The notes under the pieces: model-generated | What the model saw: the letters and a program-made list of their open reading frames with translations, nothing else | Database searches by the model: none | Told to the model about the DNA's origin: nothing | In this document: positions 40,597-49,715 of the stretch, one piece after another | Position numbering within the stretch: position 1 is the stretch's first letter | Layout: each line of letters begins with the position of its first letter | From: Polyangia bacterium | Lineage (GTDB): Bacteria > Myxococcota_A > Polyangia > JAAYKL01 | Length of the DNA stretch: 64,000 bases | NCBI GenBank assembly: GCA_050287845.1 | Contig: JBNKCR010000013.1 | Span: forward strand, 1 to 64,000 | Reading direction: 5' to 3' | Made by a program: the position numbers and the translations under genes

Positions 40597-41372
40597 ATGT
40601 TCCCTCTATCTGTCAGGAAGACCAGATGATCCCCTGCCAATATGCCATGTTCAGTCTGATCTATCAGCAACGGTGTCATACTCGCTTTTCCAGCTTTAAT
40701 CAATGCAACATCCGTCCCTGCTTCCGGTAAAACATTCGGAATGGGAGGTCCCCCAATGAGATAGCCATCGCCTTGAGAACTCCGGGTCGGCTGAACCCGT
40801 GGCATATACGGTCTGGCGCCCAGACGGCACAGTTCCGGCCCTCCGAACTCTCCGGGAGGGTAATTCACGTTCAGCAACACGGGGGTTTTCATTGAATCAC
40901 CATTTTCAGACAGCATACTTCGGGTGGCCAGTTGCATCGCAATTCTGGCTACGCTCTTTGCCGCCCGGTAAAAATCCTCACCTTCCACCAGACTCGCAGC
41001 GACACCATGAACCTTCCGAAGCACCGCCTCCCGTGCACCGGCTACGGTGCCCGAATAAATGACGTCCTCGGCCAGGTTGGCGCCTCGGTTAATCCCTGAA
41101 ACCACCACATCCGGCGGATTCTGCGCCATCAAATGCACAATGGCCCAGTACACGCCATCGGCAACAACACCACTGTGGCCATATCGCCTTTCTCCAAATT
41201 GATGCACAGAAACCGGCTTTCCCAATGTCATTGCATGGCTGCAGGCAGAACGCTGGGAGTCCGGCGCCACCGTCCAGAGCTCCACTTCCCGCAACGAACG
41301 GAATGCCTCTTCCAGTGCAGAGAGCCCCGGTGCGCCGATACCGTCATCATTTGTCAGTAAAATCCGAACCAC
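40593..41372 (-). CDS. surE: 5'/3'-nucleotidase SurE
   Basis: Motifs ILLTNDDGI, SGINRGANL, YSGTVAGA, NVNYP. Confidence 0.96.
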   Translation of the reverse strand: MVRILLTNDDGIGAPGLSALEEAFRSLREVELWTVAPDSQRSACSHAMTLGKPVSVHQFGERRYGHSGVVADGVYWAIVHLMAQNPPDVVVSGINRGANLAEDVIYSGTVAGAREAVLRKVHGVAASLVEGEDFYRAAKSVARIAMQLATRSMLSENGDSMKTPVLLNVNYPPGEFGGPELCRLGARPYMPRVQPTRSSQGDGYLIGGPPIPNVLPEAGTDVALIKAGKASMTPLLIDQTEHGILAGDHLVFLTDRGNI

Positions 41373-41386
41373 AATTCATTTTCCTT

Positions 41387-41419
41387 AAAAAAAAAGAGGT
41401 ACCTGAAAAGGCCCTCTTT
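41387..41419 (-). terminator. Rho-independent terminator after tRNA-Pro
   Basis: Minus strand AAAGAGGGCCT-TTTC-AGGTACCTC followed by a long U-tract. Confidence 0.6.
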
Positions 41420-41424
41420 CTTCG

Positions 41425-41500
<76 letters not shown>

Positions 41501-41695
41501 AATGAGGTGCCTTTCTACCAGACGGCCTTTCTGTACGCAAGAAAAAAAAATGCATTGAAATGAATCCTGATGCAGAGTCTCAGACCGAATCAAGGTTCAA
41601 CGGTTAAAGCGACCTGAGCAGTGCGGTCCATTAATTCAAGGGAGAATAGTGCCTGCGTCAATGAACAGAGAATTGCATAAATCCAGCGCCAATGT

Positions 41696-42130
41696 TCAGT
41701 CGGATTCAATGCGCTTCAAAAACGCCTGCAATTCGTTTTTAAGTTCTACCAGATGCCGTTCGTATTTGTCTCGCACGGTTCTGCCTGTCCGTGATATTTC
41801 CAGAGACATCTCGTCGATGGTTTGCTGCCGCACGTTTTCAGCAACGGCATCCACGTCGACCGGGGGTAAAGACGCATCCACCCCCTGTTCCTTCATGTAC
41901 TTTTTCGCTCCCTCAATGGTGAACTTGCGATCATAAAGCAAATGTTTGATGGCAATCACCGCTTCAACATCCTTGCGGCGATACAGTCGCTGATTGGTTC
42001 TGGATTTCTGCGGTCTGATAGAGGGGAACTCGGACTCCCAGTATCTCAGGACATGCTGCTTCACGCCAACAATATCACCAACTTCCCCTATCTTGAAATA
42101 CAATTTGTCCGGTAGTTCAACGTGCGCCAA
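41696..42130 (-). CDS. MerR-family HTH regulator (ihfA-associated type)
   Basis: LPDKLYFKIGEV, HVLRYWESEF, QRLY, FTIEGAK. Confidence 0.92.
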   Translation of the reverse strand: MAHVELPDKLYFKIGEVGDIVGVKQHVLRYWESEFPSIRPQKSRTNQRLYRRKDVEAVIAIKHLLYDRKFTIEGAKKYMKEQGVDASLPPVDVDAVAENVRQQTIDEMSLEISRTGRTVRDKYERHLVELKNELQAFLKRIESD

Positions 42131-42162
42131 GACACATGCCTCTCACAACACAGAAATGATAA

Positions 42163-42453
42163 CTAGGATTGTTGTCTGGAGTTGAGGGCGTTTTTCAACA
42201 CCTGACTGGGCTTGAAACTCAGGACATATCGTGGTTCGATCACAATGGGTTGTCCAGTCTGCGGATTCCGGCCCATGCGTTCCTTTTTCTGGCGAACAAC
42301 AAAATTACCAAAGCCGGAGATTTTGATTTTTTTGTTTTCTTTCAAAGAGTATTTCATTACCTCAAATACTGCTTCAACGAGCTCAGATGCTTCCTTTTTG
42401 GAAAAGCCCCCAACTTTTTCATAAACACGTTCAATTATATCCGCTTTGGTCAT
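42163..42453 (-). CDS. ihfA: Integration host factor alpha
   Basis: MTKADI, KISGFGNF, GRNPQTG, FKPS; directly downstream of pheT. Confidence 0.93.
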   Translation of the reverse strand: MTKADIIERVYEKVGGFSKKEASELVEAVFEVMKYSLKENKKIKISGFGNFVVRQKKERMGRNPQTGQPIVIEPRYVLSFKPSQVLKNALNSRQQS

Positions 42454-42648
42454 CCGTGGAACTCCTTTGGCCTTCGACCTCAATTTCAATCTGTGCGTAT
42501 CGTTTATTTAAGCACATGAAGCAAACGCGTTCAAGCCCCGTAACCTTTTAAAAATAATAGTTTATTCCTTTTTCCACCAGTTTTTTTTCAAAATTTATAA
42601 ATAAAGCTTGGAAATTAAAGAAATATTAAAATCTAACCAGAAAAATGC

Positions 42649-45030
42649 CTACCGAAGCTGCAAAGAGAACCTGGCACAAATATCCGCCACAGCTCTCTGA
42701 TGCACCATATCCACTTCCTTGTCGGTCAGTGTCTTCTGGAATGACCTGTATTGCACTGTGAACGCGAGTGATTTTTTTCCCTCTGCCACGTGCTTGCCGC
42801 GATATACATCAAACAGCTGAACACCATTCACCAATTCCCCGGCGGAAGCGGCAAATGCATTGAGGACTGGCGCCACATCCTGGGTTTCGTCCGCCACCAC
42901 AGCCACATCCCGTGACATCGGCGGAAATTCGCAGAGGGGTACTGCCGATGACACCTGTCGCTTCGCGCAAAGAGCGAATAAATCCAACTCGAACGCCACT
43001 GCGCCAGTAGCCAGTTTCAACTCCTTGAGGCGCACCGGATGTAACTCGCCCATAAAACCGACTGTCTGATTGCCCACAACAACAGACACACATCGCCGGG
43101 GATGCATCATTTTATATTCTGACGTCGGAACAAATTCTGGAGAAGTCCCGGTCATGCCTTCGCAGAACTGCGTCACGATACCCTTGATGTCAAAAAAATC
43201 ATACCGACGTTCCGACTCACTTATCCAGCGAGGCGCCGTGCCATCCAGCAGCGCAGCCACGCGGACCACCTCAGAAGGCAGTGTCTCTCCAGTGGGATGA
43301 TAAGTTCGCGCCACTTCAAACTGCGCGAATGTGTCCATGTATCTGGAGCGGGTGCGTTTCAAATTCTCGATCAGCCCAGCCATCAACGTTGTTCGCAATG
43401 TGGCACGTTGCGCATTCAGCGGATTGGCAATCTCTATCGTCGCCGTTGCGGCTCCCAGAATTTCCAACAGACTCCGGGGCACGAAGGAATACGTAATTGA
43501 TTCCATCAATCCCAGTGACACCAGCAGCTCCCGGGCGCGCTTTGCGTTTTCAAAATCGGCGCGGCGGGGAATCTGACACTGAATGCGTGGCAGCTTTGCC
43601 TCAATCTGATTCATCCCCGAAAGTCTGGCCACCTCTTCAATCAAATCAATTTCCCGTTCCATATCCGGTCGATGGGTCGGAATCGCCACTTTGAAATCCG
43701 GGCCAACCGCTGAGACTTTTGCCCCCAGCCCCTCAAGCAATCGCGCCATCTGGTCCGGTTCCACATTGTGCCCCATCACCTTTGTATAACGCTCCGGTCT
43801 GAAGAGCACCTCTATCGGCGCCACAGGTGTCGGGTACGCGTCAACAATCCCGTGAAGCGCACTCCCTCCTCCCAGTTCACACGCCATCGCATTCGCCGCC
43901 GCGAGCACCTCCGGTTCATGATTCGGATCCACCCCCCGCTCAAAGCGATATGATGACTCACTGGACAACTTCAGCTTTCTCGACGTTCGGCGCACGCTGG
44001 ACGGGTTGAAATACGCACACTCTATAAGAATTCTTTTTGTTCCCGCCGTTACCTCCGAATCCAGACCACCCATCACCCCGGCCACGGCCACGGGTTTCGC
44101 GCCATCGCAAATCAGCAAATCTGTAGCGGAAAAAGTGCGCTCCACCTCATCAAGTGTCGTCATCTTCTCCCCGTCAGTTGCCATGCGGACTACAATTTTT
44201 CCTGCTTCCAGCTTGTCCAAATCAAATGCATGCAATGGCTGTCCGAACTCCATCAGAATCGAGTTGGTCATATCCACGATATTTGAAATGGGTCGAATTC
44301 CCAGATTGTGCAACCGATACCTTAATGGAAAAGGGCTGGGGGCCACCACCAGGTTTTGCACTACAGACGCCGCATACCTGGGACACCCCTCGGGAGATTC
44401 AATCGATACCGCTACAACGTCTGCCGCCGCCTGAGTCAACGCTGGCGCTGCCGGCCGTGCTCTGGACGCGAACGGTTTATCAAACAGCAGACACATCTCC
44501 CGTGCCAGCCCCCGGTGATACAGTGCATCCGGTCTGTTGGGCGTCACCTCCAGCTCAAATATCCAATCTTCCAGATCCAACGCATCCACAACAGGCGTGC
44601 CAGATGGTACATCCAGGTCTTCAAGCACGATGATACCGTCACTGTCTGGTCCCAGATTCAGTTCTTCCTCACTGCACAACATCCCAGACGACTCGTAACC
44701 GCCGACTTTGCGAGGCGCAATGACCAAATCACCAAAGCGAGCGCCCTCCTTCGCCAGAACAACGGTACCACCGGCAGTAGGACAATTGGCGGCACCGCAC
44801 ACCACCGGCCAGATCTGCGTCCCATCATCCACTTTTACCAGACTGAGTTTCCTGCTATCCGGGTGTGCGACTTTTTCAACCACTCTGGCGATCACAACAT
44901 TATCGAATTCCGCACGGCGATGGATAACCTCAGCCACTTCCAATCCCGAGAATGTAAATTTTTCTGCCAGCTCCCGAGGAGACGGAGAAAACCCCGCCAA
45001 TTCACATAGCCATTTATAACTCGCCAGCAT
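42649..45030 (-). CDS. pheT: Phenylalanine-tRNA ligase beta subunit
   Basis: Motifs VVCGA, SGMLCS, TPNRPD, GQPLHAFD, RFERGVD, DLIEEVAR, FDVYRG, KTLTD. Confidence 0.98.
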   Translation of the reverse strand: MLASYKWLCELAGFSPSPRELAEKFTFSGLEVAEVIHRRAEFDNVVIARVVEKVAHPDSRKLSLVKVDDGTQIWPVVCGAANCPTAGGTVVLAKEGARFGDLVIAPRKVGGYESSGMLCSEEELNLGPDSDGIIVLEDLDVPSGTPVVDALDLEDWIFELEVTPNRPDALYHRGLAREMCLLFDKPFASRARPAAPALTQAAADVVAVSIESPEGCPRYAASVVQNLVVAPSPFPLRYRLHNLGIRPISNIVDMTNSILMEFGQPLHAFDLDKLEAGKIVVRMATDGEKMTTLDEVERTFSATDLLICDGAKPVAVAGVMGGLDSEVTAGTKRILIECAYFNPSSVRRTSRKLKLSSESSYRFERGVDPNHEPEVLAAANAMACELGGGSALHGIVDAYPTPVAPIEVLFRPERYTKVMGHNVEPDQMARLLEGLGAKVSAVGPDFKVAIPTHRPDMEREIDLIEEVARLSGMNQIEAKLPRIQCQIPRRADFENAKRARELLVSLGLMESITYSFVPRSLLEILGAATATIEIANPLNAQRATLRTTLMAGLIENLKRTRSRYMDTFAQFEVARTYHPTGETLPSEVVRVAALLDGTAPRWISESERRYDFFDIKGIVTQFCEGMTGTSPEFVPTSEYKMMHPRRCVSVVVGNQTVGFMGELHPVRLKELKLATGAVAFELDLFALCAKRQVSSAVPLCEFPPMSRDVAVVADETQDVAPVLNAFAASAGELVNGVQLFDVYRGKHVAEGKKSLAFTVQYRSFQKTLTDKEVDMVHQRAVADICARFSLQLR

Positions 45031-45033
45031 GAA

Positions 45034-46074
45034 CTACCTCCTGAACCTTTCCAGAAAACGTGGGTCGTTTTCGTAAAGGAGCCTAATACTTGTAATGCCC
45101 TCATACTTCATCATGGCAACCCGATCCACTCCGATACCAAAGGCAAACCCGCTATACACTTCGGAATCAATTCCCACTCCTTCAAGTACGTTCGGATCGA
45201 CCATGCCAGCGCCGAGAATTTCAATCCATCCTGTCTGAGAACACAGTCGGCACCCCTTTCCTTTACAGTAAATGCATTGAATATCCACCTCCACCGATGG
45301 TTCAGTAAATGGAAAAAAACTGGGACGCACCCGCATCTGAATATCTGCACCAAAAACCTGGTGAATATATGTATTCAGCACGCCTTTCAAATGTCCGAAG
45401 TGCACCCCCTTGTCCACCAACAACCCCTCTATCTGAGCAAACATTGGACTGTGAGTGGGATCATCGTCCCGTCTGAAAACTGCTCCGGGAGCAACAATCT
45501 GGATGGGAAGTGGACGCGTCAGCATCGCTCGAATCTGCACTGGTGACATATGCGTCCTCAGCAGCGTCTTTCCTTCTTCAATAAACAGCGTATCCTGCAT
45601 GTCCCGTGCGGGGTGATCGTCCGGGAAATTCAATTTGGTGAAGTTAAACTCTTCGGTTTCCACTTCCGGACCCTGAGCGACATCAAATCCCATGGAAGTA
45701 AAAATGTCGACAATATCATGCATCACAATATTAATTGGATGCATCGTTCCGATAGCTGTCGCTCGCCCAGGCAGTGTTACATCGAAATAGGCGTTCAGAT
45801 ACGCATCTTCCGCTTTTTTTGCCAGACTGTCTATCGCTGCAGAAACCGATTTTGTAATCGTCTGCTTGGCTGCATTGAATGCCTGCCCCACATCCTTTCG
45901 ATGTTCCGGCGCCACTTTTCCAAGGGATTGCTGCAACTCACCAACCTTCCCTTTTTTAGAAAGATACGCGGCCTGTAAATCACGAATTGATTGTTCGGTG
46001 GATTGAATCTGCAATTCTGTTGCAAACTGCTCTGTCAGCAGTTGCAGCGCTGCAATGATCTCTTTAGGATCCAT
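45034..46074 (-). CDS. pheS: Phenylalanine-tRNA ligase alpha subunit
   Basis: Motifs HPARDMQDT, THSPMF, RPSFFPFTEPS, GMVDPNV, GFAFG. Confidence 0.98.
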   Translation of the reverse strand: MDPKEIIAALQLLTEQFATELQIQSTEQSIRDLQAAYLSKKGKVGELQQSLGKVAPEHRKDVGQAFNAAKQTITKSVSAAIDSLAKKAEDAYLNAYFDVTLPGRATAIGTMHPINIVMHDIVDIFTSMGFDVAQGPEVETEEFNFTKLNFPDDHPARDMQDTLFIEEGKTLLRTHMSPVQIRAMLTRPLPIQIVAPGAVFRRDDDPTHSPMFAQIEGLLVDKGVHFGHLKGVLNTYIHQVFGADIQMRVRPSFFPFTEPSVEVDIQCIYCKGKGCRLCSQTGWIEILGAGMVDPNVLEGVGIDSEVYSGFAFGIGVDRVAMMKYEGITSIRLLYENDPRFLERFRR

Positions 46075-46137
46075 AACAAACTCCCGATATGAAAAATGGT
46101 TGAATTGTTGTGACAGGGGGCAAGTCTATCGTCGCGG

Positions 46138-46488
46138 TTATTTGCCGCGAGCTGCTGACACGATCGCCGCAAACCCCGATGGGTCTTCAATGGCAATGTC
46201 AGAAAGAACCTTACGATTCAAATCAATGCCGGCCTTTTTCAGACCACCCATCAATTTGGAGTAACTCATTTCATTGAGACGAGCAGCGGCATTAATACGC
46301 GTGATCCACAGCTTCCGCATATCGCGTTTGCGGAGCTTGCGACCAATGTACGCATCCATCTGCGCATGCATTACCGCATTATATGCTGCCTTGTACATTT
46401 TACTGCGCGAACCGAAAAAACCCTTGGCGCGCTTTAAAATTTTATTTCGTCTTCTGCGTGATTTAAATCCTCTGGTAACTCTGGCCAT
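46138..46488 (-). CDS. rplT: 50S ribosomal protein L20
   Basis: MARVTRG, AKGF, RKLWITRINAA, LNRKVLS. Confidence 0.98.
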   Translation of the reverse strand: MARVTRGFKSRRRRNKILKRAKGFFGSRSKMYKAAYNAVMHAQMDAYIGRKLRKRDMRKLWITRINAAARLNEMSYSKLMGGLKKAGIDLNRKVLSDIAIEDPSGFAAIVSAARGK

Positions 46489-46543
46489 TTCAACGCTCCT
46501 TTTGCGTGTTCAGGAATTCGCCTGTCCGTGGGACCTCTTCGGT

Positions 46544-46741
46544 CTACAGATAAGGCAGGAGCCTGCTAACCTGCCGTTCGCTACCTTTGTCAACGGTAGT
46601 CACCTTGCGGAGATTCCGTTTTCTTTTGGTAGATTTCTTGGTCAAAATATGACTGTGATACGGCCTGGCGCAGCGAACTTTTCCTTTTGCTGTTTTGCGG
46701 AATCTTTTTGCCGCCGCTCTATTGCTTTTCATTTTAGGCAT
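46544..46741 (-). CDS. rpmI: 50S ribosomal protein L35
   Basis: [24 protein letters not shown]. Confidence 0.98.
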   Translation of the reverse strand: MPKMKSNRAAAKRFRKTAKGKVRCARPYHSHILTKKSTKRKRNLRKVTTVDKGSERQVSRLLPYL

Positions 46742-46878
46742 AATGCTTTTCCTATTTAGAAAATATGTTTACTGATTTTAAAACCACCGGTAAACGTCCT
46801 CCATCATGGGATGACGGGTAACCGTGTTTACACGTCCTTACCGAACAGTGCAAGAAAAAAAACTATATTGCAGTAAGG

Positions 46879-47496
46879 TTATTCTATCTCATCCAAGTCA
46901 TTATTCCTGCCAGGAGCAGTCCGTTCAGTTGCGGGAACTATCATCTTCCCGGACGGAGCCAGAATGGTGGTCATCGATTTCCCTTCCAGCTGATATCGCT
47001 GCTGCACTTCAGCAATATCCTTTACCGCATCAACAACCTTGTCCAGAAGAAGCGCCGCCATCTCGGGATGTGCCACTTCTCTGCCGCGAAATCGAATGGT
47101 AATCTTCGTTTTATTGCCCTCTGAAATGAATCGGCGGATGTGCTTCACCTTGAAGTCAAAGTCGTGAGTATCCGTCTTGGGACGCATCTTCACCTCCTTC
47201 ACCTCAATGGTTTTCTGGTTTTTCTTTGCAGCCTGTGCCTGTTTTTTCTGCTCGTACTTGTACTTGCCATAGTCCATAATACGGCAAACAGGGGGCTTCG
47301 CGTTGGGGCTAATCTCCACCAAATCCAGACTCATCTCCTGTGCAATGGTCAGTGCCTGTCTTGTGGTGTAAATACCCAATTGCTGCCCGTCGGGATTAAT
47401 CAATCGAACTTCGGGCCGACGTATCATTTCATTGACGCGTGTTTTCTGCGGCCTTTTCTTGCCGGAAGACGATGATGATGATTGCTTTGACTGAAT
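46879..47496 (-). CDS. infC: Translation initiation factor IF-3 (ATT start)
   Basis: RVNEMIR, LDLVEI, PPVCRIMDYGK, KEVKMRP, FRGRE. In-frame ATT at 47496 with AGGAG SD at 47505-47509. Confidence 0.95.
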   Translation of the reverse strand: MQSKQSSSSSSGKKRPQKTRVNEMIRRPEVRLINPDGQQLGIYTTRQALTIAQEMSLDLVEISPNAKPPVCRIMDYGKYKYEQKKQAQAAKKNQKTIEVKEVKMRPKTDTHDFDFKVKHIRRFISEGNKTKITIRFRGREVAHPEMAALLLDKVVDAVKDIAEVQQRYQLEGKSMTTILAPSGKMIVPATERTAPGRNNDLDEIE

Positions 47497-47592
47497 AACC
47501 TTCTCTCCTTACTAAAAAGGACGGTTCGTCCTTATTTATTACCAATTGAAACCTGCCTTTTATCACACAGGCTGGATTGTCGCAATATTACA

Positions 47593-49491
47593 CTAAATTT
47601 CGGGAGGTGCCGCTTTTTCTTCTAAAAACCTGATAAATTCGTCCACAGAAATAAATCCCATATCACCATCCACCCTGGTTTTTAAAGATACTCCCCCCTC
47701 ATCCACTTCCTTATCACCAATAACCGCCATCGCCGGAATTCTCTGCAGGCGTGTCTGTCGGATCTTGGCGCCCAGTTTTTCGCTGTCATCATTCACATGA
47801 ACGCGAATATGATGTTCCCGCAACTGATTTTCAAGGCTGCGGGCAAACTCAACGTGGCGATCGGCGACGGTTAACAGCGACACCTGAATTGGCGCAAGCC
47901 ACATTGGAAATGCACCGGCATAATGTTCCACCATAATGCCGAAAAAGCGTTCGATGGACCCAAGCAACGCCCGATGAATCATCACTGGTCGGTGTTTCGA
48001 AGAATCTTCTCCCACGTATGAAAGGTCAAATCGCTCCGGCAGATTGAAATCCACCTGCACGGTAGAGCATTGCCACACTCTCCCAATCGCATCTTTAATT
48101 TTCACATCGATTTTAGGACCGTAGAACGCGCCGCCCCCTTCGTCGATCGAATAGGCAACGCCCTCCGCTTCCAGTCCCGCTTTTAATGCGGCTTCTGCCT
48201 TCTCCCACACTGCGGGATCGCCGATGGATTTTGCCTCCGGTCGGGTGGCAACCATGATGTCGAGATCAGTGAAGCCATAGTCAGCAAGCAGCTTCAACGA
48301 GAAGCGAACAACTTTTCGAATTTCGTCTTCCAGCTGATCCAGCCGCATAAAAATATGTGCATCATCCTGGGTAAAACCACGCACCCGCAACAGACCGTGC
48401 AACTGTCCTGAACGCTCGTATCGATATACGGTTCCCAGCTCTGCCCAGCGCAACGGCAAGTCTCTGTATGATTTGAGAGAATTGCGATAAATGGCAATAT
48501 GGAAGGGGCAATTCATTGGCTTGATGTAATATGGATTCCCTTCAATTTCCATTGGTGCATACATATCGTCCGCATAGTTTTCAAGATGCCCGGAGGTCTC
48601 CCACAACTTGCTGCGACCAATGTGCGGAGTCATGATCAGTTCATATCCGTGTTTCATGTGCGCAGTGCGCCAATGATTTTCGATCAATGTCCTGACCAGC
48701 GCTCCCTTCGGATGCCACAGAACCAACCCGCCACCAATCTGCTCATCAATACTGAACAGGTCCAGCTCTTTACCCAGCTTGCGATGATCTCGTTTTTTTG
48801 CTTCTTCAAGTCTGTCAAGGTGCGCTCGCAGGGCTTTTTTGTCAGTGAAGGCAGTCCCATATATGCGAGCCAGCATCCTGTTCTTTTCGTCGCCCCGCCA
48901 GTATGCCCCCGCAGTGGTCAGCAACTTGAACGCCTTGATAAACCTTGTATCCGGCACATGAGGACCGGCGCAGAGATCCACCCAGTCACCGTGATAATAC
49001 AAGGTGACCGGTATCCCCTCGTCGATGGCATCCAGAAGCTCCAGTTTATAGTCCTCGCCCATCTCTGAAAACAGGGCGTGGGCCTCGTCCCGAGATACTT
49101 CTTTTCGAACAAAGGATTTGCGCTCCTTCAGGATAGCCAGCATCTCTTTTTCAATTGCCACCAAATCGTCTTCCGAAAATCCGCCGGCTTCTCGGTCAAA
49201 ATCGTAGTAGAAACCATTCTCGATGGCGGGACCAATGGTTACTCTGGTGCCGGGAAACAGTCGCTGCACCGCATCCGCCATGACGTGAGCAGTGGAGTGC
49301 CGTATCACTTCCAATGCATCGGCATCATCCACCTGAACCGGAGTAACGTCCGCGTTTTCAGCAACGGCCATCTGCAGATCCACTACTTTTCCGCCCACCT
49401 TCGCAGCGACGGTATCGTGGCGCAGTTGCTGGTTCTCAGCGAGAAAGGCACCCGCTGTTCCTTTTTCGTATCGTATTTCTGAATTACTCAT
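47593..49491 (-). CDS. thrS: Threonine-tRNA ligase
   Basis: Motifs RHSTAH, DLCAGPH, GAYWRG, RDHRKLG, KPMNCP, RVRGFTQDD, FYGPKID, HRALLGS. Confidence 0.98.
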   Translation of the reverse strand: MSNSEIRYEKGTAGAFLAENQQLRHDTVAAKVGGKVVDLQMAVAENADVTPVQVDDADALEVIRHSTAHVMADAVQRLFPGTRVTIGPAIENGFYYDFDREAGGFSEDDLVAIEKEMLAILKERKSFVRKEVSRDEAHALFSEMGEDYKLELLDAIDEGIPVTLYYHGDWVDLCAGPHVPDTRFIKAFKLLTTAGAYWRGDEKNRMLARIYGTAFTDKKALRAHLDRLEEAKKRDHRKLGKELDLFSIDEQIGGGLVLWHPKGALVRTLIENHWRTAHMKHGYELIMTPHIGRSKLWETSGHLENYADDMYAPMEIEGNPYYIKPMNCPFHIAIYRNSLKSYRDLPLRWAELGTVYRYERSGQLHGLLRVRGFTQDDAHIFMRLDQLEDEIRKVVRFSLKLLADYGFTDLDIMVATRPEAKSIGDPAVWEKAEAALKAGLEAEGVAYSIDEGGGAFYGPKIDVKIKDAIGRVWQCSTVQVDFNLPERFDLSYVGEDSSKHRPVMIHRALLGSIERFFGIMVEHYAGAFPMWLAPIQVSLLTVADRHVEFARSLENQLREHHIRVHVNDDSEKLGAKIRQTRLQRIPAMAVIGDKEVDEGGVSLKTRVDGDMGFISVDEFIRFLEEKAAPPEI

Positions 49492-49553
49492 GCTGTTGTA
49501 AAAAAATTGAAAGGTTATCTCACAATTGTTGGAAGAAAAAATCTACAATAAAA

Positions 49554-49625
<72 letters not shown>

Positions 49626-49715
49626 GTCGCCACTGTACGTCTATGAACAGCGTGAGATTCGTAGCAGAACACATTCAGAGCGTCAAGACTGAAATGTCGA
49701 ATTCACAAAACACTT

